DNA of 64,000 bases, taken from NCBI GenBank assembly GCA_964016885.1, contig OZ024741.1:75640001-75704000 (forward strand), in the 5' to 3' direction. This document shows, in pieces, positions 22,722 through 34,773 of the stretch; the stretch's first letter is position 1; every line of letters begins with the position of its first letter. The stretch comes from Eledone cirrhosa (Eukaryota). Below the pieces are notes generated by a model. It ran no database searches. It was not told the origin of the DNA and worked only from the letters and a program-made list of their open reading frames with translations. Both the position numbers and the translations under genes were made by a program.

Positions 22722-23732
22722 ATAATAATAAGTTGACGAAACCAGCATGGGTTGCATCTCAGTGTAATCAATAAGTAATGTTAAATAAACTCCCAGAGTA
22801 GACACATAGTTATTCGCTTCAATACAATGCACGTAAATGGATACCTTCAATTATTACCTGTACTCGAGTTTCAGCCACACTTAATGCAGCAATAGAGTGC
22901 ACAGCACCCACTGTCCGCATTTATCATACAATAATGCACAATCAGCACATGTGCTTCATCAGCGGGCTTGACCTAATCAATAACCAATCGATCGACAGAA
23001 TTCAATTCCAGTCCATGTCGGCTATGACTGTATGTGACACCCAACACAGTAAAACATTAGCAACTGAAATCTCTACACATCATCACAATGCTGTCCCCCA
23101 ATTGGCTACCAATTCAGAAATTTACGTGATGGCAGGAGACAAAATTCAAATAGTTCCGCTCCTGCCATAAGCACTCAGTCTACGTATCTCAAACACAAAT
23201 TAACAAGTGAGTGAAAAATTGGTTATTAGAAAAATTCGGTCTCCAATCGCTGTACAATAGAATAGTAGCATTCAGCTCTAGTCTCCAAGTCCCATGGCGA
23301 GAAATAGTGCGACAGTAATAATGGTAGTGCCTAAAACCTTTCCAGACATTAAATGTAACCGGCGATTAGACAGCGATATAGAGTTAGCACGCTGGTTAGA
23401 GTTTGAAATCTAGATATTTCGACCAGCCACGTGCATAAACCAGTTAATTTCACAACTTGTACGATTCAATAGGTGAGTGAGAGAGAAATTTATAACAGGT
23501 ATTAGAGCGTATATTAAACAAAACACAATAAAAAATGTGAAAAATTTCTCAACTTACTCTCATTGTTAATCTGCTTGTTGGGAGAAAATAATAATAAGTT
23601 GATCGAACCAGCACGGGTTTCACTGCTAGGACCGGTTGCATCGCAGCATACTCAATAGGTAATATTAAACAAACACCCAGAGTAGACACATAGTTATTCA
23701 TTTCAATACAATGCACGTAAATGGGTACCTTC
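22722..23732 (-). mobile_element. Non-coding direct-repeat-flanked PLE/retrozyme-like element II with expanded HHR
   Basis: Direct repeats at 22722-22848 and 23588-23732 (period ~884 nt). HHR at 22856-22967 lies just upstream of the 3' repeat. No sense-strand ORF. (TA)n on both sides. Confidence 0.75.
22856..22967 (-). ncRNA. Hammerhead ribozyme with ~83-nt branched stem II
   Basis: gcccg-CTGATGA-agcaca..[hairpins gcattat/ataaatgc and gggtgc/gcactc]..tgtggct-GAAA-ctcgag-TA-caggt. Palindromic stem III ACTCGAGT, GUA cleavage triplet. Confidence 0.75.
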
Positions 23733-23745
23733 TATATATATATAT

Positions 23746-23940
23746 ATCAATGATATTAAATAAATGGAAACTATATTTACAAAACCATATTTATTCTATT
23801 ATATATATTTCAAGGGTCCCCAAATTTTGGTACGCTATCATCAGATAACATATTATACTCCAGAAAACTTGTCGAGTGCTCTGAATCAGTTATAAAAATT
23901 TATATTTGTTGAATTACCAACAAATTGAATATCCCTTCTG

Positions 23941-23943
<3 letters not shown>
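23746..23943 (+). mobile_element. Family A insert: inverted HHR arm fused directly to a sense tail
   Basis: 23746-23848 is the reverse complement of the 1098-1202 homolog. 23849-23943 is the sense homolog of 1205-1294 with GAGTGCTC at 23874-81. Confidence 0.75.
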
Positions 23944-23980
<37 letters not shown>

Positions 23981-23982
<2 letters not shown>

Positions 23983-24265
23983 AAGGCCTTTTTTCAGGGG
24001 GTACCAGGGGACAAGTCCCCCCCCCCCCCCCCTCACATCTTTTCAAACGTCTATATTTTATTTTTTGTATATTTGATATAATAAATTCTTTTTAAGCTTA
24101 TTTTTTTATATCTGAATTTTATTCGAATATATAAAATTTAATTAGCATAAAATTTTACTTATGTGATAGGGTCCAGGAAAGGCACCATAAGCAATTTATG
24201 CTCCTTTAAGAATCAACAAATGTTGGTTTGTCCCCCTCACATTTTTAAGGCAAACAAGGCCCCTG
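23981..24265. mobile_element. MITE with short TIRs inserted in (TA)n
   Basis: caaaggcctt...aaggcccctg ends, internal repeat gtcccc..ctcacat.ttt. Confidence 0.5.
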
Positions 24266-24282
24266 TATATATATATATTTAT

Positions 24283-24542
24283 ACCACAAAGTGGTCGTGG
24301 AGGTGCCACGGCAAAAAAGCACCCAGCCCACACTGTAAAGTGGACGTGTAGGCGCCACGAAAAAGCACCCATGAGGTTGGTGTTAGGAAGAGCATCCAGC
24401 TGTAGAAATCAAGCCAAATCAGTTCCTGTATGAGCAAGGCATGGTCAGCCGACCAGACACTGCCCACAACAGGACAACCCGTCTAACCCATGCTAGCGTG
24501 GAAGAACGGACGTAAAACGGTGATGATGATGATGATGATGAT
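24283..24542 (+). mobile_element. RTE family 2 3'UTR with (GAT)n tail
   Basis: Matches 530-780 and 52830-53097. Confidence 0.9.
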
Positions 24543-25096
24543 AAAGAGGGAGAGAGATGTGTGTGTGTGTGAAAATTAAATGGAAAAAACATAACAGCCG
24601 ATGAAGTTCAATGAAGATATATATTAGTTTCACGCTTATACATACATACATAACTGTGACTGTAATAGGGCTCAACTAGAATGTAAACAATTCTAAACCA
24701 GACCTTTACTATCCATGAACCCATGAAAACACAAATTATAATCCTACAATCAACCCTACCCACAAAACCCTATACAGTATCAGCCATAAATTACATTCAA
24801 GCCCATCCTTCGAAATCGTAAACCAACCCTCTCAGCAAAACAACAACCAGCCTGCTCCAATTACTGATATGGATGTGTTGGATATCATTAAACTGCAGCC
24901 ATTGTATTACCATTTTACATTTTACTTAGTTCCTATAAAAGTTGTGTCTATGTCTATTTTTCCTCCCCCTCTTCATTTTTATATAACAATCATTTGTTCC
25001 TCTGCTTCTACCTCATTTCATACTTTGTGTTTTTACCTCTCTTCCTTTTACCCATTTGCTTTCATTTATTATTTGCTTTAATGCCCCACCCTCACC

Positions 25097-25126
<30 letters not shown>

Positions 25127-25127
<1 letters not shown>

Positions 25128-25438
25128 AAATAAAATAAATAAGTCAAATGTTTAAAATTTGGCTTCGTTTATTACTGCTATATATATTTAACAAAGTTAA
25201 ACACCTCAACATCATGTGTACTCATCTCTACCACACTAATTCGGACTGCTTGAAGAGGTCACAACCAAAGATGGCTGTCACCGAAATATATATAGCAGTA
25301 ATAAACGAAACCAAATTTTAAACATTTGACTTATTTTATTTTATTTTACATTACTCCGGAGTAACCAAACCAACCTGCACACTTCGTCGAGTGCTCCAAT
25401 CTGCATACTGAGGTGTTGGTATACAACCAACATATACT

Positions 25439-25441
<3 letters not shown>
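25127..25441 (+). mobile_element. Hairpin+tail PLE insert (family F) with complete HHR
   Basis: Arm 25127-25189 is inverted to 25284-25347. HHR at 25245-25299. GAGTGCTC at 25389-96. Confidence 0.85.
25245..25299 (+). ncRNA. Minimal type I hammerhead ribozyme
   Basis: actgc-TTGAAGA-ggtcacaacca/tggctgtcacc-GAAA-tatata-TA-gcagt (C3U variant). Confidence 0.75.
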
Positions 25442-25485
<44 letters not shown>

Positions 25486-25487
<2 letters not shown>

Positions 25488-25595
25488 TTTATCCCAGGTT
25501 GAATTGGGGATAACCACAGTAAGTAAGGTACTCAACACAGCAGAGTATAAATATTTAATATAGAAATGGCTTCTACAGGAGAAGCCATTTCTATA
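25486..25595 (-). mobile_element. Miniature hairpin+tail insert (family G)
   Basis: 17-bp hairpin atatagaaatggcttct/agaagccatttctatat plus a tail with ttGAGTACC on minus. Confidence 0.6.
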
Positions 25596-25915
25596 TAGAT
25601 GAGTTGAGAAAGAAACTGGGTATAAGAGGGATAAGTTGTGGTGTGCAGGAGAGAAGATTGAGATGGTATGGACATGTGATGCGCATGGAGGATGACTGCT
25701 GGGTAAAGAAGTGCCAAGAAATCCCAGTAGAAGGAGGCCGCAGTAGAGGTAGACCACGAAAAACATGGGCGGTGGTGGTGAGAGCAGACCTCAGATCGCT
25801 GAAGCTCACGGAGGAGATGATGAAGGACTGTGACAAGTGGAGAGATGCTGTGCTGAATAGGACCCATCCCACCCTTGCAAGCAGGGAAAAGCAGATGTAA
25901 AATGAAGATGATGTA
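25595..25915 (+). mobile_element. RTE family 3 3' fragment
   Basis: ORF 25604-25900 (RRLRWYGHV..GRPRKTW). Confidence 0.9.
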
Positions 25916-26028
25916 TAATTCGTTGAATTTTCTAATTGGATTTTCACCCCCAAACTGGATACCAACCCAGAGTATACCTGAACTTCCACCAAGAAATCTT
26001 TTGTATCATTAACATTTTCTTTGCTTCT

Positions 26029-26067
<39 letters not shown>

Positions 26068-26539
26068 CTATCTATCTATCTATCTATCTATTTCTATCAA
26101 TTCCTCTTTTATCTCTCCTCTTCTATCACACACTCTTACTTCTCCTCAAACTCTCAACTACTGTCATAATCAATTCTCTTTCTTACAATAGCTATATATT
26201 TCACTTTACCTATTTTATCTCCACCTCTCTTTCTCAATATTTTGGAACATTTTCTTTAATTTATCATACATTCAAATATACTTAAAACAAAATCAGACCA
26301 TATGTATGTAAATATATGTTTGTACAGAGAGGATACACATGTAATATCATATAAACACACACACACACATTTATCATCGTTGCTTTTACATTGACTTTTC
26401 CATGGATATTTGAGGCAATTTTATACAGCAAAAATGTCCTTCCTGACAGCAATCCTTTTAGTCACTTCTTACAACACAGGGATACAATGTACCTATTCTA
26501 AACTGGCTGAATACACACAGTTCATATATATATATATAT

Positions 26540-26738
26540 AGGAAAAGAGTCAGGACCCTGGCGACTGAGCTCCAGCCGTATGGACAGCTAGATCCAAGTT
26601 CGGATCTAGCTGTCAAAACGGCCGGAGCTCAGCCATCGGGGTTCGGACTCTTTTTCTATTACCCACTCTACTACCCTAAGCATCGAGTACTCTGGTGTGT
26701 TATGGTCCACCTGGTATCTTACCACACCTTCTTTGTTA
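26540..26738 (+). mobile_element. Hairpin+tail PLE insert (family D)
   Basis: ~57-bp diverged arms. Tail nearly identical to 10840-10922, with GAGTACTC at 26685-92. Confidence 0.8.
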
Positions 26739-26899
26739 TATATATATATATTGTTATACTTTGGGAGGGTCATGTTGCCAATAAGAAACACACGCACCAG
26801 TTGCTTTCACTCCATTTTATTATAAATTAAATTATAAATTTAAGAAATTTATAAATTTCCAGTTGGTTGGTTGGTTCCACATATTGTTGTTCATATATT

Positions 26900-26945
26900 G
26901 TCAAGGTTCTTTCGTCACACATTCTGTGACCTCATCAGTGACCGA
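26900..26945 (-). ncRNA. Minimal hammerhead in the PLE pLTR
   Basis: gtca-CTGATGA-g-gtcaca-gaatg-tgtgac-GAAA-gaacct-tgac. Stem III and the cleavage site are mutated relative to the 6.5-kb copy (gagctt). Confidence 0.65.
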
Positions 26946-27140
26946 GGATTCTTTTCTTTGCTTTGTGCCTCTCCTTTGTTCTGTCCTCCGCCATCTTGTT
27001 TTTGTGTGTGGTGTGTGCTTAGTTTGCGCATGTGTTACATCCGGGTGTCTGTGTGTGTTTTTATTTGTTTATTTATTTGTTTATTTACATGTTACTAGTT
27101 GGTTGTTTGTTCTATGTGCGTGTGTGTTTTCATTTTGTCC

Positions 27141-28660
27141 TTAATTGTAAGTTGTGATGTTGCTATTCCATTCATGTTTTCTATTTAATTTTGGTTGGAG
27201 TTCATTTATGTTTATTGCCTCTGTGATTTGTCTAAACATTGCGTCTTTTCTGTGTGTAGATTCTATTTTTATTTGTATGTTCTCTAATTTACCCTTATGT
27301 TCTATTTTAGCATGTTGGTGGAGTACAGATGATTCTTTTCTATCTTGAAACTCTCGCCAGTGTTCATTTATCCGTTCTCCTATACTATGAGCTGTCTCAC
27401 CTATGTACACTATATTCTTATCTTTACATTGTCCCTCAGTACATCTTATGCTATATACTATGTTTCTAGTTTTGCAGTTAATATGGGGCTTAGTTTACAG
27501 ATTATGCATTTCTTATCTATACAGGGAGGTCTTTGAAAAGGGTATGTATTACTAATAAGTGTTTTTATGGAGGTACCTGGTCTTTCCCCTATCTTAATAT
27601 TTAGTTTAAGTTTATCTAGGGCCCTTCTAAATTTGTAAGCTAGTTCACCTCTAGGGGTTGTATTGATGAACATTACACTCTGGTATTTATTGCTATCATA
27701 CCATGAGTTTATTCTATTAACCTTATTCCTAGTTCTTTCTATTCTATTCCAAAATTTGCTCCTATACAAGGGGCAGGTCCCATTTGTATCATTATTTACC
27801 ATTTTTTCCCATTTGGTTCTGGCTCCTCTATACACTCTGATTTTATCTATCTGATTGTAACCAGAGAACTGCATACGATGGATGAAGTGTTGTATGTGTC
27901 TCTCTAGTTCTTTGGGGTTGCACATGCGGGACACGTTCCTCATCACCCTTACTAAATCCGCAATCAGTATGTTGATTTTGATGTGGTCCGAAACAGCGGA
28001 GTTTCGGTGGATCAGGTATTTGGAAGTCATGGGTTTGGCATAATGGGAATGGAGGATTTGTTTTTTGTTATTAATGGTTTCTAACCAGAGCTCTGTGTCT
28101 AGTACAGGTAATCGATGGTTGGGGTGTTTGTTTGGGTAGTCTATAGTAACTTTAATACTCTGGTGGATGGAGTTAGCTATTTTCTGGATGCTTTCCATGG
28201 TGTTTTTCTCTAATTCCTGACTGTTCTCTAGAGGGCGTGTTTTTACTACAATGTTTATATCATCAACGTAGCGGGAGTACATTATCAGGGTTAAGAGGTT
28301 GCTGTCTTCTAATTGTTCTTTAAGTTTAAGTTTAAATTTATTGTCCCACCATACAATGAATAGGTTAGCTATGTCACCTGCAATGCTAACACCAATGGCT
28401 GCTCCCTCCTCTTGGGCATATGTTTTTCCATTAAATTTGAACATATGTTCCTTAAGGGTTAGTTTTATACTGGCCCCCACCACATGTGAAATCATTTTTT
28501 TTTAGTTTATCATGGTTTTGGGGGGTCCGTATGGCTCTGGTCCACTCGTTCCATCTTTCTGTGTGGGTTTTCTTGACCATTGAGGTAATGGTAGGTGGTT
28601 TGCCTCTTGCTGGCCTTGTGGGGCAGAGGTTGCTAAGGTCATGCGTATCTAGATAATCAT
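27141..28660 (-). pseudogene. PLE RT + GIY-YIG endonuclease ORF (two frameshifts, near 28500 and 27485)
   Basis: FKFNGKTY.Q..G..IG..IAN, RYVDD, LPVLD, HY.KPM..SA, SGY; linker CIDKKCIIC; shifted frame NCKTRNIVYSIRC..C..YIGET..R..EH..H..RQITEAI.I....PKLNRK.EW. Confidence 0.9.
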
Positions 28661-28823
28661 TATTATATGTAAGTTTAATTTATAATTTAATTTATAATAA
28701 ATTGGAGTGAAAGCAACTGGTGTGTGTGTTTCTTATTGGCAACATGACCCTCCCAAAGTATAACAATATCGGTTTCAACACACGTTTTCAGATAAAGAAT
28801 CTTGCTAAACAAATTCAGAAACG

Positions 28824-28889
<66 letters not shown>

Positions 28890-28890
28890 G

Positions 28891-28928
<38 letters not shown>

Positions 28929-28929
<1 letters not shown>

Positions 28930-29262
28930 AGGGAGTGTAACTTGGAGTTACTGCAGGTTCACCCGGGTGAGCACTCAATGTTTAGGTTAACTTCTGTGTT
29001 GAGGTGTAGAGCTATACAGAGTGTATTATATTGAAAAGATAACAAGGATGATTGGTTACTCCTTCATTACATTTATTGGTAGGTGACGCGCGTTTCGCCA
29101 CTGATCAGCTCAAGCATTTTAAAGGGTCCGTCAAGCTGCCAATTATAGAGTCGGGTAAGATCGATACAGATCGAACCTTGAGCTGATCAGTGGCGAAACA
29201 CGCGTCACCTACCAATAAATGTAATGAAGGAGTAACCAATCGTCCTTGTTATCCTGTCAATA
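28929..29262 (-). mobile_element. Hairpin+tail PLE insert (family H)
   Basis: ~85-bp arms at 29029-29114 / 29177-29262 carry the HHR 3' half GAAA-cgcgcg-TC. Tail has GAGTGCTC (28969-76, minus). Confidence 0.8.
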
Positions 29263-31439
29263 TATATATATGACATTAAACAGTATACATGTCATATTAT
29301 TTTTAATCCCCTTTCAATTTGTGATTTTTTTTTCTGGGTCTAGAGCAGGCATGGGCAACCTTTATTGAGCAGTGAGCTGCATTGGATGTGGCTTATCATA
29401 AGGTGGGCCACACTACTAAAATATTCAAAGCAATTTTGAAATTAGGTGGTGTTTGGTGGTAGTAGTGTATGTCATATGTTGTGTACTGATGTGGTTGTAG
29501 TGCAATGGGGTGTGAGGGTATGTAGAGATGGTGGGAGTGGTGTATTTTGTTGATGTGTTTGGGTAATGATGGGTGGTGATGTGTTAAGTGTTTTTTTATT
29601 ACTATTTACTAAGTGTGGAAGAAAGAGCTGTGCCCATGACCTTTGCCTACTCTCCAATATTGATGATATTGATGCTGTTGATGTTCAGTTTAAATTGTTA
29701 CAAGTCAACTCCTGCATGAAAGGCATGTGCAGGGAAAGAATTCTTGAGTGATGTCATTCTGGTGAGAAAGGTGACATAAGGAGCAGATGCCATTGTAATA
29801 GGAGTAGCAATGTTGACCCAAAGGTGGAACATGTCTGTTAGTGTATGTATGTATGAACCCATAGTGACATAATGTTTCTTGGGTATTTTGAACCTGGTTG
29901 AACCCATCTCTCTCCAGGCATAAACACAGTTGGTTTCTTCTAGAAAAAGTGATAGATTGATAGAGAGGAAGTGAGAAAGAAATACAGAGGAATAATTTTA
30001 CTCCAGGGCTGGACTGGTACTTTTTTTTATCAATCTTAAAAGGATGAAATGCAAAATTGACCTCAGCAGAATACAAGAATGCTAAGTAATCTATCTGCTA
30101 TTCTAACAACTCTGCCAATTTTCCATGCCATGTCTGTCAGTGATGAGTGACCTTTTTCTGAATGTGGTCAGGGATGTATGTATGTGTGGCAGAATATCTC
30201 ACATCTCGTACAGGAAAACATAAATATCATTGAAATCCTATCCAATTGTTTAAATCCTCTCCGCACTCACCTCTGAATTTTAGCACAATGAATAACTTGA
30301 AAAGGTATCTAATCTAAAATAACCCAGAATTTATATGAAGAGTAATTCCAACTTTCCTGTGAAAAAAAATAAAGAATTCTTATCTGGTAATCATAATTGT
30401 TTCTATTTTTAGGCACAAGGCCAGCAATTACCCAGTACATTACTGGTACTTTATTTTATCGACCCCGTAAGGATGAAAGGCAAAGTTAATACCAAACAAT
30501 GTTGTTGTTTTTCATCAAACAGCAATATGGCTGCCAACACAGTTGCCATCGCTATCTCAATAAATATACACATAAATGTAGAAAGAAATTTAATTCAATT
30601 CACTATACGCAAGGAAGGAGAGAATATGAATTGGAAGAAAACAGGAATAATCATCTCAGAAAAGATATTGTTGATTGTTTGATAACTTTCCCAACACCAA
30701 ATTATGGCTGTAACCAGTTCTGATAATCAGCCAAGCATGAAATTACCTTGGAAAAAAAATTGAATAAGATATTATACATTCAGGATGTGGAACAGCAAAT
30801 TACAAACATTCAGCATAAGAATAAATAATCTGTTTTCTCATCGACAAAGAAATTATTGGATATAAATTTAGTTGTTTCTGTTGTACTACTAACACACCAC
30901 AAACTGAAATGGTATTGTGATGAAGTCAACAACAACAAAATAGCATAGCAGCTACATTTTAGTTCCTAACTGGTGTCATATATTCACAAATCAAAAATGG
31001 TTTTTATTTAGATGCTTGATATTAATTCAAAAATTGTCTGTTGCAATCATATCAAAGAATTGTCAGAAAATCTGAAAAGATACAAGCAAATTTATAATAG
31101 AGGTATACATGAAGACATATACAAAATGTTTATGTATAATAAACATATTTAAGTGCCAGTATGAATGTTTTAAGCTGTGATCATGTCACAGCTATCTCAG
31201 TACCTAGTGTTTCAGGATTTTTATCCATCAGCAGTGATGTTTACTTACTTGTTACTAAGACAAGAGTAAGCTATAGCTTATGTACTTTTTGCATATATGA
31301 TATCTGCTAGATGTGCTTATTTGCAGGAGCACTAACACAAAAGATTATATAAGTTATAGCTTATTTTTCTTTAAGTACCAAGTTAATCAAATGCCACAAA
31401 TGATGGATAAAAATCTTGAAATGCAAGTGTCTGTCATTC

Positions 31440-32125
31440 TCACACAGTTAACATGTGACATAACCATCTCAGCAACTATTTCTGGTGGTCTCGCAGCTTT
31501 ACCATTCTTCAGCTCCTTCATTGCATCTTTGACCCTAAAACTATCAACTTCAATAGCTGTTCCTTCCTTTGGGTAAATTGGGGGTAGTTTCTCTTCCTCC
31601 CATTCATTCTCTACATTCATCAATCTCTCATAGTAACATTTCCAGGCCTCTTTCTTTTGTGCACCAGTGGTGCTAATTACACTAGCGTCATTTCTAACAC
31701 ATTTTCCCTAACAACATCTTGATTCACACTAATACACTTCCTTGAATGTGGAACACTTTACACCTATGAACCTCACGTCTCAAGACATTGGCAAATTTAC
31801 TTTCTTCAGCCTCTCTGAGCTAGCTTCTATCTTTGCTACTTGGTACCAGTTTCTGCTACACTCATTTTTCCAGTTTCCATGCCTGTCTCTTGGCTTTAAT
31901 GGCAGCATCTACTGTGCTGTTCATCCACCAAGCCATCTTCTGTTTGGCTGGATCTTTACTCCAGTCGTAAGTCTTGCTAGTAGTTCATAAATGTTTGTCA
32001 CATAAGAATTTCTAGTTGTCTTCTACATTGTGTGTATTTAGCTCATAATCCCTTTCATCCTGAAGGGCCTGTCTAAACCTATATTTAACCAAAAGATTCT
32101 TTAATTTCCATACCCTCCATCTCCC
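31440..32125 (-). pseudogene. Old RTE fragment (EN-RT linker)
   Basis: AWKCYYERLMNVENEW..KNGKAARPPEIVAEM. Confidence 0.75.
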
Positions 32126-32234
32126 TAATATATATATATAAATATAAATATATATATATATAAATTTATTTCCTCAGTGTTTCAGAAGTTCGAAAATTTG
32201 AGCTTCACACATGATGTTTGTGTGTGTATGTGTA

Positions 32235-32304
<70 letters not shown>

Positions 32305-32308
<4 letters not shown>

Positions 32309-32628
32309 AAAGAACACAAGAGCATCTACAACATCAAACATTTTTTATTGGCTTACAATGTTTCTTCTTTACGTAACCGTAGGATTCTTCAGAGCTATAA
32401 AAGGGGTTTTATTGGTGTTATGGACTCTACCCTTTTATAGCTCTGAAGAATCCTACGGTTACGTAAGGAAGAAACATTGTAAGCCAATAAAAAATTGTTG
32501 ATGTTGTAGACGCTCTTGTGTTCTTTATCATATATATGGCTCTGCTCCAAAGCATTGAGCTAATTATTATACTGCCAATACTTTAATGGGACACGGGTAT
32601 ACAATACCTAACTCCTATTAACCTAAGT
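32305..32628 (+). mobile_element. Hairpin+tail PLE insert (family I) with an HHR in both arms
   Basis: ~100-bp arms at 32305-32405 / 32430-32531. gct-CTGAAGA(32443-49)-atcctacg-gtta-cgtaaggaa-GAAA-cattg-TA-agc. Confidence 0.85.
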
Positions 32629-32651
32629 ATATATATATATATATATATATA

Positions 32652-33215
32652 TGGTGGTCCTTAAGAAAATTAGGTGTAGAAGAATAGTTTGTGAGAGCAG
32701 GAAATGAGTTTAGTGGGAAATTCAAGGTGCAGGCAGTTCACCAGGGTTCAGCTCTCAACACACTACTGTCCATTATATTTTGCCAGGCCATAACAGAAGA
32801 GTTTAAGACTGGCTGACCATGGGAACTTCGCTATGTGAATGATCTTATCCCTATAACTGAATCCATAAAAGAGATAGAGAATAAGTTCTGACTATGGAAA
32901 CAGAATTTGGAATCAAAAGAGCTGAGAGTAACAAAGCCAAAACTAAATTGCTAGTAAGTAGGAAAGAATATAAGACCTTTATTCCTTCAGGGAAGTGGTC
33001 ATGCTTAATATGTAGAAAAGGAGTTGGCATAAAGTTTACATGATGTACACAATGCAAATCTTGGGTACACAAGAGAAGTAGTGGGATAACTATTAGACTA
33101 ACAGGAAGGGAAGAGTTTGTATATAGATGATGGGCCTTTTCCAATCATATGAAGAATCCATAGAAATAGTTGATACATTCTACTATCTAGGACCTAAAAA
33201 CGATGATGATGATGA
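32652..33215 (+). pseudogene. Highly decayed RTE RT fragment
   Basis: Remnants of EEFKTG.PWEL, PSGKWSC.ICRKGVG and WVHKR. Confidence 0.75.
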
Positions 33216-33234
33216 TATATCTATATATATATAT

Positions 33235-34773
33235 TTGGGTTTGTGTCGGGAAAAGGCACCACTGATGCCCTCTTCCTTGTGAGGCAGTTACAGGAAAAGT
33301 ACCTAGCTAAAAGTAAGCCACTCTACCTGGCATTTGTCAATCTGAAGAAAGCCTTTGACAGAGTTCCCCCATGCTATAATATGGTGGGCTCTTAGAAAAC
33401 TAGGAGTAGATGAATCACTTGTGAAAGCTGTACAAGCCATGTATAGGGGAGCAGTCAGCAAAGTTAGGATTAGCAATGACTATAGCGAGGAATGTAGCAT
33501 ACAGGTCGGTGTCCACCAGGACTCGGTTCTTAGCCCTCTTCTGTTCATCATAGTCCTGCAGGCAATAACGGAGGAGTTTAAAACCGGATGCCCATGGGAA
33601 CTACTGTATGCAGATGAGCTTGCACTTATAGCTGAATCTATGGTAGAACTAGAGAAGAAATTCCAAACATGGAAGCAGGGACAAGAAAGAAAGGGTCTCA
33701 AAGTCAACCTGACAAAGACTAAGGTCCTTGTAAGTAGACGAGAAAACAGAACCCAGATCTCCTCAGGGAAATGGCCTTGCTCAGTATGTAGGAAAGGTGT
33801 AGGTAGCAACTCCATCCTCTGCCCCAAATGCAAACAATGGGTACACAAGAGATATAGTGGGATCTCAGGAAGCTTAACTAAGAATGTAGGTTTCACATGT
33901 AGCAGCTGTGCTGGGACAGCAAGCAGCAAACAGCCACAGGAAACAAGCACCACCAAACTCTGGGAGGGTCCTGTAGAAACAGTAGACAGCTTCTGCTACC
34001 TAGGTAACCGAATTACCAGCAGAGGTGGGTGTTCGGAAAGTACAATAACTAGGATAAGAACGGGATGGAAGAAGTTAAGGGAGCTACTGCCACTGCTAGC
34101 TGCAAAAGGCTTTTCCCACAAAATGAAAGGTGTATATACGTATGATACGTGTATATGAGCAGCAATGTTACATGGTAGTGAGACCTGGGCGCTGTCTGTA
34201 GAAGACTTGCGTAGATTAGAAAGAAACGAAGCTTGCATGCTCCGATGGATGTGTAATAGTAATATACGCGAACGGCAAAGCATAAACAAATTGAGAGAGA
34301 GACTGAGCATAGGAGGAATCAAATGCTGTGTGCAGGAGAGGAGGTTGCGTTGGTATGGACATGTGATGCGTATGAAGGATGACAGCTGCATAAAAAGGTG
34401 CAGAGCACTAGAAGTTGATGGGAGCCATGGAGTGGGGAGACCCAAGAAGACCTGGGATGAGGTGATAAAAGCCGACCTTACCCAATTGCACCTCTCAAAG
34501 GAGATGACACATGGCCGTGACCTCTGGCGTCATGCAGTATTTACAGAAGACTGTAAAGTGGACGTGTAGGCGCCACGGAAAAAAAGCACCCAGCACTAAC
34601 TATAAATGAGGTTGGTGGTAGGAAGGGCATCCAGCTGTAGAAATCAAGCCAGAATCAGTTCCCGTATGAGCAAGGCATGGTCAGCCGACCGACTACTGCC
34701 CACAACAGGACATTCCGTTAACCCATGCTAGCGTGGAAGAACGGACGTAAAACGGTGATGATGATGATGATGA
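33235..34773 (+). pseudogene. RTE family 2, 5'-truncated
   Basis: ORFs 33355-34158 and 34165-34569, 3'UTR and (GAT)n tail. Confidence 0.92.

Larger units (their letters stand above)
26749..28827 (-). mobile_element. Penelope-like element (Naiad/Neptune-like), 5'-truncated with an inverted 5' pLTR
   Basis: RT and GIY-YIG ORF pieces. The 3' pLTR at 26749-26840 is inverted at 28672-28768, and that copy extends into a 60-nt tail. HHR at 26900-26945. (TA)n on both sides. Confidence 0.92.

Noticed and set aside
27141-28495. Selenocysteine (UGA) recoding in the PLE ORF
   Set aside because: The ORF breaks are frameshifts, and the visible conserved Cys codons are TGY.
30265-30723. Candidate host exons (43-nt minus-strand AG..GTGAGT segment near 30271-30313; plus-strand ORF 30499-30723)
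   Set aside because: No recognisable protein similarity or consistent gene model.
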